This document shows positions 1 through 10,094 of a stretch of 64,000 bases of DNA, piece by piece (the first letter of the stretch is position 1; each line of letters starts with the position of its first letter). The notes under the pieces were generated by a model. The model was not told where the DNA came from. It saw only the letters and a list, made by a program, of their open reading frames with translations, and made no database searches. The position numbers and the translations under genes are program-made. Source of the DNA: Candidatus Obscuribacteraceae bacterium (lineage in GTDB: Bacteria; Cyanobacteriota; Vampirovibrionia; Obscuribacterales; Obscuribacteraceae). Location of the stretch: contig JBGASG010000006.1 in assembly GCA_044229845.1 (NCBI GenBank), positions 32,001 to 96,000 of the forward strand, read 5' to 3'.

Positions 1-2523
1 TGCTCGTTGACCATATTTAGCCCTCGCTATCTGCAGATCGATAGGAAGCAGCCGATGAGCGCTTGCATCTGTGGCGCTCATATCTGGAAGCCATTTGTCG
101 AGCATTACTCTCAGCGCCTCGGGTTCGACCGGCTTACTGATGTATTCGTCCATGCCGGCTTCCAGACAGCGTTCACGATCACCGCCCATGGCGTGAGCAG
201 TCATCGCGATAATCGGAACGTGTTTGCCGGTTGCCTTCTCCATCTCCCTGATCTTTTGTGTTGCGGTGTATCCATCCATTTCGGGCATCTGGCAATCCAT
301 TAAGATCAGCGCATAATCATGGCGGGAGGCCGCCTCAACCGCTTCAGCTCCGTTGCTTACAATATGGGACGCGAAGCCCATTTCATCCAGATAGAGTTGC
401 GCCACTTGCTGGTTTATGGCGTAGTCTTCAGCAATTAAAATCACTTCTTTGCGTGCGGCACCGGACCCACGTGTCGAAAGGCGCGCGTCAGCAGAGGAGC
501 GTCCCATTGAGGGCGAATCGCTGAGGACGCTGACTATGCAATCATACATCTGGGACTGTCGAACAGGCTTGGTCAAATAGGCCTTGAAGCCCAAATGCAT
601 CGCTTGTACGCCAAGCCCTGGCGCATCCCATCCTGTCAGCAGAATCAAGCGGCAATCTTTTATGGCCGGATCTTTGGCGATCTGTTCAGCCAGATCCATA
701 CCATTCATTTCCGGCATCACGAGATCGACAATGGCAATCTTATATGGATCGCCATCTACATATCCTTGTCTGAGCATCCGCAAGGCATCTTTCCCGGAGC
801 CGGCAATTCCGTTTCTCATACCCCACGAGACAATGTATTCGTGCAGTATATTACGGGCGTTCGGCTCGTCATCGACGATCAAAATGCGGATGTCCTTCAA
901 CTCGGTTTGAACCCGCTGCGCCGACTCGGAAGGCGTAAACGTAAATGGAATCGAAAACCAGAAAGTTGAGCCCTCGCCCTGAATGCTGTCGACGCTGATT
1001 TCGCCACCCATCAATTCGACAAGTCGTTTGGAGATACTCAGACCCAATCCTGTGCCGCCGAACCGGCGGCTAATCGAACCGTCGGCTTGTACAAACGGCT
1101 GAAACAGTTTGCTTCTCTCCGAGCCGGTCATTCCGATCCCTTGGTCGATCACGGAGAATTTGACAATCACAGTGCCTGCCGAATGGTCAATAGAGTCTAG
1201 ATCAGCTCGGACTACTATTTCTCCATCGTCGGAAAACTTGACTGCATTGGAAGTCAAATTGAGGAGGATTTGACGCAGCCGTTCCGGATCGCCATGCAAT
1301 TTAGTGGGCAGATTGGTATCGACGTAAGCCATCAAAGAAACTTGTTTGCTGCGCGCGGTCATGGCCAGCAATTCACAAGTGCCTTCAACGACCTTCACCA
1401 GATTGAAGTCGACCGGTTCGAGTTCGAGCTTGCCGGCCTCAATCTTGCTGAAGTCGAGAATGTCGTTAATAACCACCAGCAGTGCGTTGGCACCCTCTTT
1501 GATGTGGGTGGCATATTCGTGCTGGCGCGGCTGCAATTGGGTGCGCAACAACACATTGCACATGCCGATGATTGCATTCATGGGCGTACGAATTTCGTGA
1601 CTCATGTTGGCAAGAAACTGGGACTTAAGGCGCGACGATTCCAATGCGCGCTCGCTGGCATGGGCCAGCTGATCGTTCAGTTCCACGAGATCAGTGGTTC
1701 TGGATTGCAGCTCTTTCGTGCGCTCTATGACTCGCTTCTCCAGGTCATCCTTGGCCTGCAGCAGTTCCTGCTCGGTGCGACGGCGGGCCGTGATATCCAC
1801 CACCGATGCCAGTACGAAACGACCTTCATCGGTGTCAATTGGATTCAGTCCAATTTCAACTGGTAGTTCCGTGCCATCCGAGCGGACACCATACAGATCT
1901 CGGACAGCGCCCATCGCCCGCACTTGCGGATGCTCAAAAAACTCCTCCCGCAGCCGCGGATGATCGAGCCGGAAGCGGACCGGAACCAGATCCTCGATCT
2001 TGCGGCCTATTAGCTCCTGGCGCGCGTAGCCGAACAGCCTCTCAATCTGAGCATTGACCAGAACAATGGTGCCCTGGCTGTCCACCATGAGCATGCCGCT
2101 AGGCGAAGCCTCGATCAGAAGGCGTAGATGCTGTTCTGCCCGTTTGCGCTCCGTGATGTCGACGACCGATGCAAGTACCATTTCACCGGCATCGGAGCTA
2201 AAAGGATTCAATCCGATCTCAACTGAGATCTCGGTACCATCCTTGCGCACCCCGAACAGATCACGTCCTGCACCCATCGGGCGTGCCGATGCATCGAGGA
2301 AAAAACTATTGCGAAATTGCGGGTGTTCTCGACGAAATCTGGTCGGAACGAGCTTTTCGATCTGGCTGCCGACCAGTTCACCTTTATCATAGCCGAACAG
2401 CTTTTCGGCCTGTGCGTTGACGCGCACAATGGAGCCGTCGCGATCTACAATGATCATGCCACTGGGGGATGCTTCGAAGACTATGCGAAAGTCATCCCGT
2501 CCCTCAGGACTAGAACTATTCAC
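1..2523 (-). CDS. Hybrid sensor histidine kinase (PAS-PAS-HisKA-HATPase-receiver domains); 3' end runs off the window
   Basis: Manual minus-strand translation from GTG 2523: two PAS repeats (FEASPSGMIIVDRDG...VVDITERK), H-box KSQFLANMSHEIRTPMNAIIG, N-box LRQILLNLTSNAVKF. In frame at both ends through to base 1. The + strand ORFs here are antisense shadows. Confidence 0.9.
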   Translation of the reverse strand, partial: MNSSSPEGRDDFRIVFEASPSGMIIVDRDGSIVRVNAQAEKLFGYDKGELVGSQIEKLVPTRFRREHPQFRNSFFLDASARPMGAGRDLFGVRKDGTEISVEIGLNPFSSDAGEMVLASVVDITERKRAEQHLRLLIEASPSGMLMVDSQGTIVLVNAQIERLFGYARQELIGRKIEDLVPVRFRLDHPRLREEFFEHPQVRAMGAVRDLYGVRSDGTELPVEIGLNPIDTDEGRFVLASVVDITARRRTEQELLQAKDDLEKRVIERTKELQSRTTDLVELNDQLAHASERALESSRLKSQFLANMSHEIRTPMNAIIGMCNVLLRTQLQPRQHEYATHIKEGANALLVVINDILDFSKIEAGKLELEPVDFNLVKVVEGTCELLAMTARSKQVSLMAYVDTNLPTKLHGDPERLRQILLNLTSNAVKFSDDGEIVVRADLDSIDHSAGTVIVKFSVIDQGIGMTGSERSKLFQPFVQADGSISRRFGGTGLGLSISKRLVELMGGEISVDSIQGEGSTFWFSIPFTFTPSESAQRVQTELKDIRILIVDDEPNARNILHEYIVSWGMRNGIAGSGKDALRMLRQGYVDGDPYKIAIVDLVMPEMNGMDLAEQIAKDPAIKDCRLILLTGWDAPGLGVQAMHLGFKAYLTKPVRQSQMYDCIVSVLSDSPSMGRSSADARLSTRGSGAARKEVILIAEDYAINQQVAQLYLDEMGFASHIVSNGAEAVEAASRHDYALILMDCQMPEMDGYTATQKIREMEKATGKHVPIIAMTAHAMGGDRERCLEAGMDEYISKPVEPEALRVMLDKWLPDMSATDASAHRLLPIDLQIARAKYGQRA

Positions 2524-2896
2524 TGCCACGATATGAACAACCGGATGGTCGAGTTAGGTCGGGATACCGGGTCGCCTGTCACTTCGATCCTAATAAGACA
2601 AGATTTTTCTGTCCACATATGATCGCCGAACGAGATCAAAATTTAAGGCTTTTTCTTGAATGAGGCTATAGAAATTTTGCTGTCCCGAAAATGTAAAGGG
2701 CCGCAGCTCGTCGCGCAAAAGCGGCATCTGCACGGGCTCTACGGACCTTTGGATCAGGCTCTCGCACTCAAATTTGTACGCACTCAAGTTTGTACGTACC
2801 TAACATCTACTTGTTGGTTCGACCGGTTGCATGCGCACCACAGGCGGTGCAATCGAAAACGCGCGATGAAATTCTGTAGCGCAATCAAGAGGTGTT

Positions 2897-3679
2897 TCAG
2901 TTAGTTTGGACAGCCAGGAGCACGTATTTCTTATCCTTGACCAGTTTGTTCTGGATGGTCAGCGAGCAGCGGCTCATCTTCTGACTGAAGGATTCTTGCT
3001 TACCCAAAAACGTTTTGTAACCCGCGCTGGGCACGGCCGGCAGTTTAGGCGCGGCGTCTTCACCCATAATCAATACTTGCCCCTTCTCGATCTTTTTGTC
3101 GCCGCCGGGAAGCAAGAAGTTGACGTCCTTTTTCACCTCGCCGCCGTTGTACGAAGCATCTAATTTCTTGGGCGTCCAGGACTGGCTGCTTCCAAATTCA
3201 ATCTCCTTTGCCAGGGTATCGACCGCCGGGATATCCTGTTCATAAACTGCTGCGCGCAGGAAACTCTTACCCATGTCCCGGGCGAACAGTCCCCACTTCG
3301 GGTCATCGACGAAGTCGCGAGGCAAAGCGAGTCGCATGTTTTTGACCTTGTTGCCGGCGGAAGTCTCGACGAAAAGCAACACGGTGAAGCCTTGCATACC
3401 GGTGGCAAAAGAGATGACGTTGCCGTCGGGATGTTTTTCGGTGTCGCCTTCCTTAAAATGGAAGAAAGTGAAGAAGTCTTCCTTCTCGGCGTCCGGCAAT
3501 TGCAGCCCGGCGCAACTGCGCGCCTGCACCACCGACCAGATTGCGGATGCCGCCGCCAAACTCACCAACAGAGACGCCGCAACGAGAATGCGCACTACCG
3601 ATTTTGTCATCACAGATATTCCGAGAGGGGAACGCGTGTTATAGGTGCCCGACTGCCGCAACTTATTTGGCTGCCGCAA
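2897..3679 (-). CDS. Hypothetical exported protein (true start probably near 3610)
   Basis: ORF with an N-terminal hydrophobic signal-like segment, directly downstream of the ABC permease. Confidence 0.6.
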   Translation of the reverse strand: MRQPNKLRQSGTYNTRSPLGISVMTKSVVRILVAASLLVSLAAASAIWSVVQARSCAGLQLPDAEKEDFFTFFHFKEGDTEKHPDGNVISFATGMQGFTVLLFVETSAGNKVKNMRLALPRDFVDDPKWGLFARDMGKSFLRAAVYEQDIPAVDTLAKEIEFGSSQSWTPKKLDASYNGGEVKKDVNFLLPGGDKKIEKGQVLIMGEDAAPKLPAVPSAGYKTFLGKQESFSQKMSRCSLTIQNKLVKDKKYVLLAVQTN

Positions 3680-3680
3680 C

Positions 3681-4472
3681 TTACTTGGCTGTCGCGAATT
3701 TCCACCGCATCAACCGTCTCTCCAGCAAAGTGACCGTTCCCGTAAGAAGAAGCGAGATCACAATCAAACTGGCTACTCCGACAAACACCGTGGACATGTC
3801 GTAAAGCCCGGAAGCCTTGACGATCATATAGCCAAGGCCTTCTTCAGAAGATATAAATTCACCAATGAAGGCGCCGAGCAGCGAGAGTCCGATGTTCAGT
3901 TTCATCGCGTTGAGCACCCAGATCAGGGCGGACGGCACCACCACCAGTCGGAAGGTTTGCCACCGGGATGCGCCCATCACTTGCATCAATCGCGTGAATC
4001 TCTCTTCAACGGACATAGCACCTTGATACGACTGCACTATGGCCAACACGACGGTTGAGAGAAACGCGATCACAATCTTCGAGGTGATGCCGATTCCGAA
4101 CCAGACAATAATCACTGGCGCCAGAGCAAAGATAGGAACGGAGGCTAATGCCGTCAAGTAAGGCTGTGCTACTTTCGCAGCGGTACGCGAATACCATAGC
4201 GAAAGCCCGATAGCCGCACCGCAGGCGGTACCAGTCAAGAAACCGACAACCGCCTCGAACAAAGTGATACCCGCATGACGAAACAATTCCCCAGAGCTGG
4301 TCAAGCGGGCGAGCGATTGGCAGACCTGTTCCGGACTGGCAAAGACGAACTGGTGACTTGGCTGACCGGCTGTGTAAACCTGCCACACGAGCAGCCCTGC
4401 CAACATGGGCAGCAGATAGAGAATCCACGGCACTTTCACACTGTTGCGCTCATTCATTGCCGCTACCCACAC
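3681..4472 (-). CDS. ABC transporter permease, SsuC/TauC/NitT family
   Basis: Multiple TM helices; PIFALAPVIIVWFGIG and GEFISSEEGLGY motifs. Confidence 0.9.
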   Translation of the reverse strand: MWVAAMNERNSVKVPWILYLLPMLAGLLVWQVYTAGQPSHQFVFASPEQVCQSLARLTSSGELFRHAGITLFEAVVGFLTGTACGAAIGLSLWYSRTAAKVAQPYLTALASVPIFALAPVIIVWFGIGITSKIVIAFLSTVVLAIVQSYQGAMSVEERFTRLMQVMGASRWQTFRLVVVPSALIWVLNAMKLNIGLSLLGAFIGEFISSEEGLGYMIVKASGLYDMSTVFVGVASLIVISLLLTGTVTLLERRLMRWKFATAK

Positions 4473-5374
4473 TCACCTTCACGGTCTCCGATGACCATCT
4501 TCAGATCGTTCCAGATGCGGGCGTGATACTCGGCAAACTCCGGCAATCCCCGAGCAGTCTCCGGCGACTCCGCCGGATCCAGAAGAATTTGATACTCCCG
4601 AATAATCATTCCGCAAATACCCATGATCAGAACGCGATCACCCATGGCAATTGCTTCCTCAATATCGTGGGTGACAAGAATCGCCGCTTTGTTTTCCGCC
4701 TTCACTGTTTGCTGGAACTCGCTTTCCAAGCGCAGTTTCGTGTAATAGTCCAAAGATGAAAACGGTTCATCGAGCAGCAAGAGTTCCGGATCAAGCAGCA
4801 ACGCTTGAATCAAGGCCACCCGCTGCCGCATGCCACCAGACAATTGTCCCGGATAATAATCGAGATGTTCGGCGGAGAGACGAAACACTTCTAAGTAGTT
4901 CAGAACGCGAGCTTCAACTTCCTTCTTGGGGCGACGCGTCATTTCGGCGACCAGAAGCAGATTGTCTCTGACGGTGCGCCACGGCAAGAGCGCGTCCTGC
5001 TGGAACAAATAGCCTACGCGCGACTGCCTGCGCATCATGATCCCACTGCTGGGGATGAGTCCGGAAATCGCGTTGAGAAGGCTCGTCTTGCCGCAACCGC
5101 TCGGTCCCAAAATGCAAACCAGCTCGCCCGCTTGAAGCGTCAAAGAAACGTCGTTCACCACCGCCCGCTCTGTGCCGTCGGGCGCCGAATATGCCACACG
5201 CAACTTCGATACCTCCAACACCGGGCCGGTGCTTGGTTGCATCGCATTGACTTCGGATTGGCTGCTGAGACGATTCACGATCTGCTTGAATGCGCAGGTT
5301 CCGCAACCTGCTTCTCCAGTTTCTTGACCCCGAACGAATGTCTGAATTCTAGTGACAACCAACCATCCGGTCAC
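4463..5374 (-). CDS. ABC transporter ATP-binding protein (start probably 5242)
   Basis: Walker A GPSGCGKT, signature LSGGMRQR, Walker B LLLLDEPF, H-loop VTHD. Confidence 0.93.
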   Translation of the reverse strand: MTGWLVVTRIQTFVRGQETGEAGCGTCAFKQIVNRLSSQSEVNAMQPSTGPVLEVSKLRVAYSAPDGTERAVVNDVSLTLQAGELVCILGPSGCGKTSLLNAISGLIPSSGIMMRRQSRVGYLFQQDALLPWRTVRDNLLLVAEMTRRPKKEVEARVLNYLEVFRLSAEHLDYYPGQLSGGMRQRVALIQALLLDPELLLLDEPFSSLDYYTKLRLESEFQQTVKAENKAAILVTHDIEEAIAMGDRVLIMGICGMIIREYQILLDPAESPETARGLPEFAEYHARIWNDLKMVIGDREGECG

Positions 5375-5404
5375 TGGGGATAGTACGAACCAGCCCTCGA
5401 CCCA

Positions 5405-5598
5405 CTTTTATCCGGGTAAAACTAATCCGAGAAACCCAGGCCGGCGCCCAAAAGCTCAAGCGATATCGGTTGAGGAAACCCAGGCCGGCGCCCAAAAGCC
5501 CAAGCGATATCGGTTGAGGTCTGCTTCCAGAGGGAGGGTGACGGTACTTTTACCCGGGTAGAATCCGGCAATACGCCAAGTTTTACCCGGGTAAAACT
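5405..5598. repeat. Intergenic repeats: ~44-bp tandem duplication plus three copies of a TTTTACCCGGGTAAAA-type palindrome
   Basis: GAAACCCAGGCCGGCGCCCAAAAGCYCAAGCGATATCGGTTGAG occurs twice (5431-5518). Palindromes near 5406 and 5547, and a perfect AGTTTTACCCGGGTAAAACT at 5579-5598. Confidence 0.8.
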
Positions 5599-5644
5599 GT
5601 GCTGCCACGACCAAGCTTCGCGCTGGAGCTGAGGAATCGGATGC

Positions 5645-6745
5645 CTACTTGTCGTGGTGAATTTGGTCTTCGAGGTAGGGGCGCACTTGATTGGCAAAGG
5701 TCATGTCGACGTTGTCTTTGTAGGCGCCGTCGCCTTTGATGTCGCCGGTTTCTTGACGCAGTTTTATGGCTCGATCCCAGGCGGTTGGCGACAGCACCGG
5801 TGACTTGGGAATTGTGTTCTCGTCCAACATGCGTTTGAGTGCGGCGCTGAGGATTTTTTCGTCGACCTCCGGAAACTCCTGGTGTGCGATGGAGAGCGTG
5901 CCCTGGAAATCGTTGCGGATGTATTGCATGGCGCGGGAAAGCGCGTTGACGACTCGTTGAATCGTGTCGCCATTCTTTTCGCGATAAGCATCCGTGACCG
6001 TGAGACCGGTGATCGCGAAGTCACCGAACTGTTTCTGCAGTGACCACACGATGGTTGCACCTTGCCCGACAGCGATGGAGGCGGAGGGTTCGAGTTCCAT
6101 GGCGATGTCAGCCTGGTTGGCTTTGGCCATGGCGACAATGCTGCCCGTCGGTGCACCCTGGACAATCTTGGCATCGACAGGCTTGCCTTGATTTTGCAGG
6201 ACTTTCTTCATGACGGTGTAGCTCGTGGAGGGGGCTGTGAAAGTGGCTATGCGCAACCCCTTCAAGTCTTCAACCTTCTTGATCGGCTTCAGATCCTTGC
6301 GGAAAGTCACGCCCCAGAACGGCACCCCGTTAACGACCTGTGCCACCACTTTGCCGCCCTGTCCTCTCTCTCGCGCGATAGCCGCGAATGTCGGGTCAGA
6401 AACCCCAAACTGTGCGTTGCCGCTGGATACGGCAGCAAAGGTTTTTTCATCGCCGCCGGTCGAAACTAACTTCACCTCCAGCCCTTCATCTTTGAAGAAC
6501 CCCTTGTCTATCGCAACGTAGAGTGGCAAGTAAAGAAACAGGTGCCCGAACTGTGCAATCGTGATGGTTTGTAGCTTGCCAGGCGGAGCGTTGCCGCCAT
6601 CGGGACCACCGGCGCCGCCACCACCGCCACCAGCGCACCCTCCCAGTAGAAGTACCAGCGCCACTGCGCTGCAGAAGAGCGACATATATGATGGGTTTCT
6701 TCTCAATTTGCACTCCATTTTTTGCATCGATTGCGCACAAGGCAC
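5645..6745 (-). CDS. ABC transporter substrate-binding lipoprotein, NMT1/THI5/SsuA-like
   Basis: Lipobox LLGGC; YLPLYVAIDKGFFKDEGLEV motif; upstream of the ATPase and permease. Confidence 0.88.
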   Translation of the reverse strand: MPCAQSMQKMECKLRRNPSYMSLFCSAVALVLLLGGCAGGGGGGAGGPDGGNAPPGKLQTITIAQFGHLFLYLPLYVAIDKGFFKDEGLEVKLVSTGGDEKTFAAVSSGNAQFGVSDPTFAAIARERGQGGKVVAQVVNGVPFWGVTFRKDLKPIKKVEDLKGLRIATFTAPSTSYTVMKKVLQNQGKPVDAKIVQGAPTGSIVAMAKANQADIAMELEPSASIAVGQGATIVWSLQKQFGDFAITGLTVTDAYREKNGDTIQRVVNALSRAMQYIRNDFQGTLSIAHQEFPEVDEKILSAALKRMLDENTIPKSPVLSPTAWDRAIKLRQETGDIKGDGAYKDNVDMTFANQVRPYLEDQIHHDK

Positions 6746-6796
6746 TATCCTATCCGCAAACTAGTTTGAGTACGAGTTTGCAGGTTAAATCATCTG

Positions 6797-7585
6797 GTGC
6801 GCGACAACGTCTACTTTATTCTCGTTAAGCCGGTCTATCTGGGTAACATCGGCTCGGTGGCGCGCGTCATGAAAAACTTCGGTTTCGCGCGGTTGCGTTT
6901 TGTCGAGCCACCCAAAGGATATAAAGATTCGGAAGCGAGACGCATGTCCGTTGGTGCATTTGATCTATTGAAAAACAGCGAAGTCTTTGAAAGCCTCAGC
7001 GACGCATTGCAGGATATCAGTTTCGCGATTGGCACGACCTCCGGGCAACAAAGGGACATGGTGCCAGTGCCATTCACCGCGATTGCCGGAGAGGCGGTTC
7101 GCACCGCCGGTAATGGCGCCAACAAAGTAGCAATTATTTTCGGAGATGAACGCAATGGGCTGGCGCGTGACGAACTTTTGCAATGCCACCAGGTGACAAC
7201 GATTCCTACGGATGCCGGGTTTCCAGCGCTGAACATGGCTCAGGCAGTTGCCATCTGCGCTTACGAACTGTCCGGAAAGTCAGGGTCCAGCGTGGATACC
7301 GCGAGCTTGAGTGCCGCAGACACAAGCAACACTGCACGCGAATCGGCGCCGACCGGACAGCAGAACGATCAGCTGTTCGAACAATTGGGAACTCTTTTAG
7401 ATGCAGTTGAGTTTTCCCGTACCTTCAACCGGGAAAAAGTATTACTCGAATTGCGAGGCTTTTACCAGAGAGCACAGCCGACATCGCGCGAGTATGATTT
7501 GTTGCGAGGCGCGCTTATCAAGATCCACCAGAAGCTAGTGGGCACAGCGCCGAAGCACGAGTCAGGCAAAGTTCACGAGCGATAG
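6797..7585 (+). CDS. trmJ: SPOUT RNA methyltransferase, TrmJ/LasT family
   Basis: ILVKPVYLGNIGSVARVMKNFG, IFGDERNGL, LNMAQAVAICAYEL. Confidence 0.85.
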   Translation: MRDNVYFILVKPVYLGNIGSVARVMKNFGFARLRFVEPPKGYKDSEARRMSVGAFDLLKNSEVFESLSDALQDISFAIGTTSGQQRDMVPVPFTAIAGEAVRTAGNGANKVAIIFGDERNGLARDELLQCHQVTTIPTDAGFPALNMAQAVAICAYELSGKSGSSVDTASLSAADTSNTARESAPTGQQNDQLFEQLGTLLDAVEFSRTFNREKVLLELRGFYQRAQPTSREYDLLRGALIKIHQKLVGTAPKHESGKVHER

Positions 7586-7640
7586 AAGCGCTGGGAAGAA
7601 AACTCTAGCATATACAGGATACACACAAAGGTCAGCGGAT

Positions 7641-8525
7641 ATGAAACTTGGATCGACAAGAAACTTGCAATTGCTGGATCGGATAGCGATGGCGGCATGC
7701 GTGGCGGCGACAATGGTCTCGGTTGGTGCGCTGTTGACAGGTTGCAGCGAGCAAGGACAGCAGCGTGCCGAACGTGCGCAAGCGAGATGGGACGGGCAGT
7801 CCGCACTTCAACAACATGACTATCCAAAGGCGATCGAAGCGTTCACTCATTTGATCGAACAAAATCCCAAGCGCGGCGAATACTACCTGGGACGTGCGCA
7901 GGCATACATGGGCATGAGCGACTACGACAAGGCCATGGCTGATTGCAAAAAAGCCGAAGAGTTCAAGTTGCAGTCGAGCGATCTGCTGGGCAAGATAGAG
8001 CTTTGCCAGGGACATGCCGCTGAGGCAGCCGAACAATTCAGGAAGAAACTCGACAATGCGCCGGAAACACCAAATCTAGAGGACGCGGTGTACTGCGCAC
8101 TGGCTTACAAGCTCGCCGACAGGGATGCGGAGGCGGAAAAAATCGCTGACCGGGCGATGGCTAACTATGCCAAAGACAGTTATGTGGTGGCACACAAAAA
8201 CGACGACAACGCGCAGAAATATGTCTGGGAGAAGTGGCCGTATCCGGCACTGCAGTATTTGCGCGGACAGATCGACGGCGGCAAGATGGTTGCTACCGCC
8301 GCCGACAGCGAATGGGATTTGCCTGAAGCACACTGCGTGTCCGGCATGAATCTGGTAGCGAAAGCGCCCAAGGATGCCGCCGACAAGACGACGCCCGACG
8401 ACGGTCCGACCGACAACGCTGCAGCAATTAAAGAACTCAACTTCGTGCTCGAGCACTCCACGCCCGATCGATTTATCAATCAATTGGCTAAGGCTCAACT
8501 GGCACGCATGCAATCGGGACATTAA
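7641..8525 (+). CDS. TPR-repeat lipoprotein (NlpI-like)
   Basis: Lipobox LLTGC; TPR motifs (YYLGRAQAYMGMSDYDKAMAD). Confidence 0.75.
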   Translation: MKLGSTRNLQLLDRIAMAACVAATMVSVGALLTGCSEQGQQRAERAQARWDGQSALQQHDYPKAIEAFTHLIEQNPKRGEYYLGRAQAYMGMSDYDKAMADCKKAEEFKLQSSDLLGKIELCQGHAAEAAEQFRKKLDNAPETPNLEDAVYCALAYKLADRDAEAEKIADRAMANYAKDSYVVAHKNDDNAQKYVWEKWPYPALQYLRGQIDGGKMVATAADSEWDLPEAHCVSGMNLVAKAPKDAADKTTPDDGPTDNAAAIKELNFVLEHSTPDRFINQLAKAQLARMQSGH

Positions 8526-9172
8526 TCGACTTGAGCGCGAGAGGCTGGAAGAAGCAGCGTTCGTTTTGCTTCCTGCCGAGACGCTAACTGTCCAATGATC
8601 ATTACAAGCAGAACACTGGTGGCCAGCGAGAAAGCTTCTAAAGCCATCGCCAAATGCTCGTTTGGCAAAAACGCTGAAACCAGAAACAACAGAATCTGCA
8701 CCACAAGGCTCACCCAATAGCCCATGATGACAGGACTTGGTGGCGCGGACCGCCAGGATGCGTCGTCGAGATAATTAGGATCACTGGCTTTCCAGACTTC
8801 CTGCATCACCAACATCGGCATGAATAAGTCGAGCACCGGAATGATGAATGAGAAGGCCTGCCAATCCCTCGCTTTGGCTGTGGAAACATTGAGGCTGTGC
8901 AAGTTTCGAATGCCCCTGCGCAGCCAGACAATCAAAAATCCCATCGCCAATAATGTAAGAGGCAAGGCGAGGATTACACAAAGGTTTCCTAAAATGTTGA
9001 GCAGTGCACCGAGATTTTTCAATTCGCTCGCGCCGAGCTCCACCCCTGCCACGTTGAGGATAGAACCAACGATATTCATTACCAGAGAAACGACGAGCGA
9101 CACCTGCGCCACCCGCCCCACTCCCTTGAGCGGTCTGTACTCGTCCACTGCAACGCTTGTCAGCTCCGGCAT
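8522..9172 (-). CDS. DUF4328-like membrane protein
   Basis: Start refined to MPELTS; FLIVWLRR..RNL, FIIPV.DLFMP..VMQEVWKAS pattern, four TM segments. Confidence 0.7.
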   Translation of the reverse strand: MPELTSVAVDEYRPLKGVGRVAQVSLVVSLVMNIVGSILNVAGVELGASELKNLGALLNILGNLCVILALPLTLLAMGFLIVWLRRGIRNLHSLNVSTAKARDWQAFSFIIPVLDLFMPMLVMQEVWKASDPNYLDDASWRSAPPSPVIMGYWVSLVVQILLFLVSAFLPNEHLAMALEAFSLATSVLLVMIIGQLASRQEAKRTLLLPASRAQVD

Positions 9173-9236
9173 TTCGCCCCCCAACCCGTCGCCTCTAGTG
9201 TAACAGCAAACACCGCAGGCGTTCGCAGGACTCAGG

Positions 9237-10022
9237 CTATGACTTCCATTTGATGCTGTCGAGAGTTTCGTTAAACTCTCGGACATGCTGATGCAGCTTG
9301 CCGGGCGCCGTTGACAGAAAGACCTGTTCGACTCGGGAGCCGGTGCCATCGGTATCGGCGAAAATGCCTTTGTATTGCCGCGTAACAGCTCGGCCTTGTG
9401 CGTCGGTTTTGTCGCCGTCCTTGAAATTGCCTTCGACAGCGAGCACGGTCTTGCCATTCAGTTGCATCGTGTACGCACTCGTGATTTCAAATGCCGGCGG
9501 GCGATACTTCCCACTATTCGTATATTGATTGTCGCCGGCTTGATAGCGCCCCATAATCTCCGACAGCGAGCGAATCTCGTCGGCAGTCAATCTCTGCGGT
9601 CCGTCCTCGGCAGGCTTGTTCTTCAGTATGTTGAGAAACGCCTTCGCAGACTCAGAACCGGCGCGCAGCCCGTTGCTGTAGATGCCAATGGTGGTCGCAT
9701 TATCGCCAGGCGGACTGAAAGTTTCGTTGCTGCTCAAACCAATCGAGCCGAACGATGCTTCGCGCTGCCTCCAGCCACTGGGCAGATCAATATCGCTAAT
9801 CGGTCCGCGGTCGATGCCACCGCTGGTGCCACTACCAGACTGTCCCGCATACATGAGGCGGAAGTATGTCATGGCAGCATTGTCACCCCACACCGACTGG
9901 GCCACATCAGTTTGCTGCGCGCCCGCGTCCGACACTTCGGCTGGGTGAGACAGGCGCCCGGTGTAATGTTCCAGTTCGCCTGCTGGATTTGATTTAGAAG
10001 ACTGTGTGTTATCACCGGCCAT
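9237..10022 (-). CDS. Hypothetical protein, paralog 1 of 3 (possible PsbP/Mog1/DUF1795-like fold)
   Basis: Shares DRGPI..I..P.GW, GDNQYTN.G.YR.P.F, FAD.DG.G.R..QV and ..SI.WK with 13083 and 16810. Confidence 0.7.
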   Translation of the reverse strand: MAGDNTQSSKSNPAGELEHYTGRLSHPAEVSDAGAQQTDVAQSVWGDNAAMTYFRLMYAGQSGSGTSGGIDRGPISDIDLPSGWRQREASFGSIGLSSNETFSPPGDNATTIGIYSNGLRAGSESAKAFLNILKNKPAEDGPQRLTADEIRSLSEIMGRYQAGDNQYTNSGKYRPPAFEITSAYTMQLNGKTVLAVEGNFKDGDKTDAQGRAVTRQYKGIFADTDGTGSRVEQVFLSTAPGKLHQHVREFNETLDSIKWKS

Positions 10023-10094
10023 TATTATTCCTTCCTGTTTTAGTGGATTGAGCTGACGACTGAGTGTTTCTTGAATGCCTTATTTATGCCTTTT

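Noticed and set aside
7..2622. Several + strand ORFs
   Set aside because: Antisense shadows of the minus-strand histidine kinase
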